DNA of 64,000 nt, from NCBI RefSeq assembly GCF_963921235.1, contig NC_086107.1:93312001-93376000 (forward strand), written 5' to 3'. A model generated the notes under the pieces. It was not told the DNA's origin and ran no database searches. It saw nothing but the letters and a program-made list of their open reading frames with translations. The position numbers were made by a program, and so were the translations under genes. This stretch comes from Mobula hypostoma (lineage: Eukaryota). This document shows positions 59,047 through 64,000 of the stretch, piece after piece. Position 1 is the first letter of the stretch. Each line of letters starts with the position of its first letter.

Positions 59047-61954
59047 TAGAGGTTTAAAAACTTTTTTGGATTAATGCTCCCTTGGCTCCCAAACCACATC
59101 CCAGCACAGCCCTTCCCTTTCCAACCATTACATAAGAACTATAAAGAAGTTTGAATTACGATGCACAGTGAAAGAAAATAGGAACTGCAAATTCAAAGCA
59201 GTGACAGATAATTGCCAAAATTAATCAAATCCATTTAAAGCTACAAATAAAATGATTTCTTTATTTAATTACAGTAAAAACAATTTCAGACATACATTAG
59301 CAGTCCAACTATTCACTATTTCATTGCTTTTTCATCTTTCAATGAGATGGATGGGCAGTGATATCAGCTCAACATCAGGTTGAATATCACTCAGAAGGAG
59401 CCTCAGATCCCCACGTTCAGTAATTTGCTGTCTGTTTCATTGCTCTGAGGGAAGTTGGGCGACTGCACTGAAACAGGCTCCATAAATATGATATTGGAAA
59501 GGCAATAAAGAACATCTTGACCTTTTCCAGAATGCAGGGTAGCATTCATAGATTTCTTTCTGCAACCAAAAGTCTTGATATGAGTTTGTGAACATCAGCT
59601 TCAGCTCAAAGTAATTTGGTAGTGAGATCAGTTCTTCCTCCACCCTTCCTGTTAATTCCTCATTATAACTGTTCAGGAAAGGATTTATTACCCAATCTGG
59701 AATTTGGATCGAGAGAAGATCCTGAAATCTCTCTGATATGTCTTTATGCAGCTCACTTAATAGGTACAGTATAGTTGTAGATCATCATCTGGTATTCTTT
59801 CTTTCCCCTCCAACTCAGAGAGACTCAAAAAATGGAAGAGGTTACGACTGCCAACGTTGCACTTAAATAGAGTTAACTTGGACAGAAATGTGGAGATGAT
59901 TGACTTGGCTTTGATAAGATTCATATAATTTCCTTACAATTGAAGATTGATTTCACTAAATTTTGCGAATAATTCAGAGAAATAAGCAATGTCATGCTAA
60001 TATTCTGGAGTTGATTACTGAATGAAGCATTCATGTCTTCAAGTATGTTATCACAGTTCGAAACACCACACAAAAGCATCTCAGGCAGTTTCATTTTGAG
60101 AGCCATCTGACTTCTGTGTGCAACAGCAAGTATTCAAACTGTTCATCATTCTCAATACAAAGCTCTCAAAATACTCGAGAAATGGGAATATGGGGCTTGA
60201 TTTTATTTACTGCTGTAATAAAAGTATTTGAAGATTTATGCAGCCAACCATTTGGGTTTTTTTTGTGGCAAGTTGTTGTCTGCGAATTACTCAGTGGATG
60301 GTAAATATGTTAGGTACAGCTTTTCGTTATGAAAGTAATAACCCCACAGTGGCGTCCTGTCCTTGATGTTGCCCCATCTGTTGCACAAGCAAGAATGTTG
60401 GTGAGCGGAATGCCCTCCTCTTTGAAAAATTGCTCAACAGCCCAAAGTATTGACTCTCCCTTCATATCCATTTCTATTCCTCTTGCAAATAACAGCTCCT
60501 GAACCATGCTTTCATCTTTTATGAAGTGAACAGAAGTAAGGCGCAAAGATTCACTGCCTGGCAAAGTTGGCTCATACAACTGCAGAGCAAATTCTGTTGT
60601 CCTAGGTACGTTGCACAATGTATCTTCTATATTCTCAGACATTTCATCTATTCATTTTTGAAAAGAGTTGTGACTGAGCAGAAGCACTTTAATAATTTGG
60701 TCTGGTGACTTATGCAATACTGTACTCAGAACCTCCCTTACTGCTGGCAGAATCGGTTCTCATCCAATTGTATGGGGCTTTCCAGATTTAACAATGAGCC
60801 AGGAAATGGTGTATGAAACATGCAAGCCTTTAGTGTTTTGTTGTGAAGTGCTGGGAAACATGTTTTAAAGTGTTTTCTGTTTTTGAAAGTGTTCGCAAAG
60901 TGACTGAAAATAAGCTAAGTTCTTGTTCGCTTTATCAGAGTGTATTCTCTTCAAACGTTCAAGGAGCCCGGATGGTTTCATGGCCACATTTGAAATTAAA
61001 AACTGTTCACACAACAAACACATTGGGTGCTTGGTGCTGGAATAAATCCATATTCCAGACACTCCACACTATACTGACTACACCTCTTTTTCATCTGGTC
61101 TGCTTCTGCCACTTTCATTATGGATTAATGACCATGGTCAGTCACCTATGGTTTATGTCCAGCCTTGAGCACTGCAATCAATAAGGGGAAAGTCATGACA
61201 TCATCATAGCTCAAGCAAAACATGACTCTCTGCCTGAAGGGACATAAAGTGGGGCAGCGATATCTCAGCGTGGACTAAAGAAATGTGGTCAAGATCATTT
61301 GACAGAGCAGACACTGAAATTTACCCCACTGAATGCCATATCCTAATTCACAGGAAATGCGTCACTGCGTGATTAGAGAATTGAAACTAGCACTGTACTC
61401 AGTAGAGTGAGCATGTGGCCAAGTGGTTAAGGCATTGGACTAGTGACCTGAAGGTCGTGAGTTTGAGCCCCAGCCAAGGCAACGTGTTGTGTCCTTGAGC
61501 AAGACACTTAACCACACATTGCTCTGCGACGACATAGGTGCCAAGCTGTATGGGTCCTAATGCCCTTCCCTTTGACAACATTGGTGTCATGGAGAGGGGA
61601 GACTTGCAGCATGGGCAACTGCCGGTCTTCCATACAACCTTGCTTAGGCCTGCGCCCTGGAGAGTGAAGACTTTCCGAGCGCAAAGCCATGGTCTCACAA
61701 GACTAACGGATGCTGTACTACTCAGTAGTGAACAGAAATAATGGAAATAACATGATTTCTTCAGTTCAGATTTCTCATGACATGCCAAATATAGAAGTGT
61801 CATATTGCTTTTCAACAACTATGAGCAAAGTCTAAGAGAATGGTGGGTTGTGAAGAGATAAGTTGACTACATGACCATTATTATCAGTTATGAGGCACTG
61901 AGGATCAAAAATCCACCTCCCCCAGGGGGAGGATATCCACTGTGCAAACAACTG
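59047..61954 (-). mobile_element. Decayed full-length Buster/Charlie-type hAT DNA transposon
   Basis: BED finger remnant (PMCLLCEQ...MKPS), FALQL and ACATDGA motifs, dimerisation region (FW...YP). Degenerate 8-bp TSD GTTCAGAC (59039-59046) and GTTTAGAG (61955-61962), in a CR1 tail that resumes on the far side. Confidence 0.88.
61409..61718 (+). mobile_element. tRNA-derived SINE, copy 4, inside the hAT
   Basis: Colinear with copy 1. TSD TACTCAGTAG at 61396-61405 and 61719-61728. Confidence 0.9.
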
Positions 61955-62734
61955 GTTTAGAGAGACGTCAGCCAAATATGGGGCAAACGGGAAGAGCTTA
62001 GATAGACTTTGGTGTTGGTATGGACAACTTGAGCTGAAGGGCCTGTTTGCATCTACAACCTTGGCAACCTCAGAAGAGGGGGAGCACAGACCGGATGCCA
62101 GAACTTACCTGTCGCTTGAGAGAAACAGAGTTACTAGGTGTGGAGATGATGTGTTAGGTGTCAGCTCTCTGAACATCTTCAGAAGAAGCCAGAAATGGAG
62201 ATGCAATTGAGAGAAATCCTAGCCTCACACCCTACACCCCCCCCCACCTCCCCTTCACACACTCTGGTCACTTCACCAGCCTGGTCATTACCAAATTCAT
62301 CCCCCCAGTCAAAACTTCACACCATCTTAAAAGTTTCTTCCCCCAAGCAGTTAATCTATTCAACCATTCTGTAAACATCACTATAAAATCACTTTTTGTA
62401 ACATTGCTTGCATTGTAAATACATGCTGGTGTTTATGTTTTTACGCACATTTTATTCCAATCCATACTTAAACCTCAAACCTTATTTTTATATGATTCTT
62501 TATTTTTTATAACTGTTAAGTGTTGTTTTTGTTGCATGCTGTGCCCTCACCAACACACCACAGCAAATTCCTAACACAAGTAAAAGTATATAGTGAGTAA
62601 AGTTCCGTAATTCTTTGAAGAATAAGAACTCGTGTCAATGACAGGGTTTCCAATTCCTGGTAGGATCATTGTAAGTTCCCATACTTCCAAAGACTATTCC
62701 CATGGCACTTGCACTGTTGGTCCTTCAATACAAT

Positions 62735-63530
62735 CCAATTCAATTCAAATCTAGATGTCATTCAACCATACATGAATACTCATGAATACAACCAAACGAG
62801 ATAGCATCACTCCAGGGTTAAGGTGCAAAACACAGTACCAACAGTCATACACAGCACAAAGCACGCATAGCACATGCAAGATAGCAAGCACATATAAGGC
62901 GTCAGTAAAATGCAGCCACGCAAAAAAGGACTCCAGGTCCTGAGTCCACGAACGTGCAGAAATCTGCAGACGACCACAATATAGCTTGTCTTCTGCCAAG
63001 CAAGTACTGGGGAGCAGCACTGGCTCTAGCCTGGACGCTGCACCACACTGCCCCCAGTGGAGCGCACCAGCCTCGACGCCTCTCTCCTGGCAACTGTAAG
63101 CAAGTGACACCACGGCTTGAGGCCAAGTCCTCACTATAACTGAGATCATGCAGGTCCTCCATCGTCCGCCTCTGCTGTCTGCCAACAAATCAGTGAATCA
63201 GACTTGCAGCATTCCACACTAGCAATGTCCAAAAGGGTCTTGCGGTCACACAAAAAGTGACTGAGATGGTCACCCGCTTTTAGATTGTCTGCCTCCTTTA
63301 TGGACAGACTCCTCCGAAGCCTCTCTGATGCAAGTAGCAGCAGAATATGCACCAAGCCCATCTCCATCGGTTTCTCCGCCGAAGAGCAACTCGCTGACGG
63401 GGTAGACCTGCGGTACTTTCAGTTCTTAATGTCCAGCAGGGTCTTGCGATCATATAGAAATACATTTAAAAAGGGCGGTAGCACCCTTTGTTGACCCTGT
63501 AAGAAGTCACTGTGATCAAAGGCAACATCA
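62735..63530 (-). mobile_element. Unclassified non-coding interspersed repeat (probable non-autonomous LINE derivative)
   Basis: Its tail (gtcattcaaccatac...caaggtgcaaaac) recurs at about 21600-21685 and 42680-42790. The body is CpG-enriched. Confidence 0.45.
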
Positions 63531-64000
63531 TGTTACCGGAAGTTGACCTGACTTGACTTCCCAAACCAATATGAAAGCAAAAAGATTCTTTGTTACATTA
63601 TTGGTTGAATTCTTCACTCTGAGGGAAGTAAATATTTTTATCCCAAACTCCAATCTTTCAACAATATATCTGAAACCATTCGAAGAAAATGAACAACAGC
63701 ATTCAACATTTAGCTTGTTCTCTCCAGTGGAATATTTGTATTTCAATGCCACAGACAGTGGAGGCCAAGTGATTGGGTATATTTAAAGCGGAGGTGGATA
63801 TGTTCTTGATTGGTAAGGGTAACAAAGATTACAGGGAGAAGGCAGGATAACGGGGTTGAGAAGGGAACCCTACCAAGGATTGTGAGGACTGCTGAGATGA
63901 TTATCAGCGTCTCTCTTCCACCCATTCGAGATATTTATCAGGAGTATAACAATGCATACGCAGGGCCCATAGCATAGTCAATGATCCCTCCTATCTGTCC

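Noticed and set aside
59437..61062. Domesticated Buster-derived gene (ZBED8/SCAND3-like)
   Set aside because: Multiple stops and frameshifts, altered catalytic motifs, and retained termini and TSD indicate a dead transposon.

Overview
Repeat-dense eukaryotic DNA with no CRISPR, operon or other prokaryotic features. The repeat set (abundant CR1 and Rex1/Babar LINEs, HE1-like V-SINEs, Deu-domain SINE remnants, Penelope-like elements) points to a cartilaginous fish, probably a ray or shark; this is inference. I found no intact host protein-coding gene. Nearly all ORFs in the track are decayed transposon pieces or antisense/low-complexity noise. Most of the window is a deeply nested TE mosaic: a Gypsy chromovirus 3' end, a solo LTR, CR1, Rex1, Tx1, R4/Rex6, Penelope, Tc1, mariner, a Buster-type hAT, and several SINEs and MITEs. 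The clearest host-like signal is a CpG-rich, promoter-like island at about 45.95-48.4 kb, plus a few TE-free AT-rich blocks that resemble enhancers. The most interesting signals are: (1) more than 10 minimal hammerhead-ribozyme motifs carried by Penelope termini, including small non-coding fold-back elements whose inversion point lies at the ribozyme core; (2) a reiterated target site at one Penelope junction; (3) composite double-hairpin Tc1-type MITEs; (4) a tRNA-SINE that recurs antisense at the same LINE-tail position; (5) an inverted TACGTG pair, a TATA-like box and a hairpin cluster in the CpG island. Family names come from recalled motifs, not database searches. Boundaries of old fragments are approximate.
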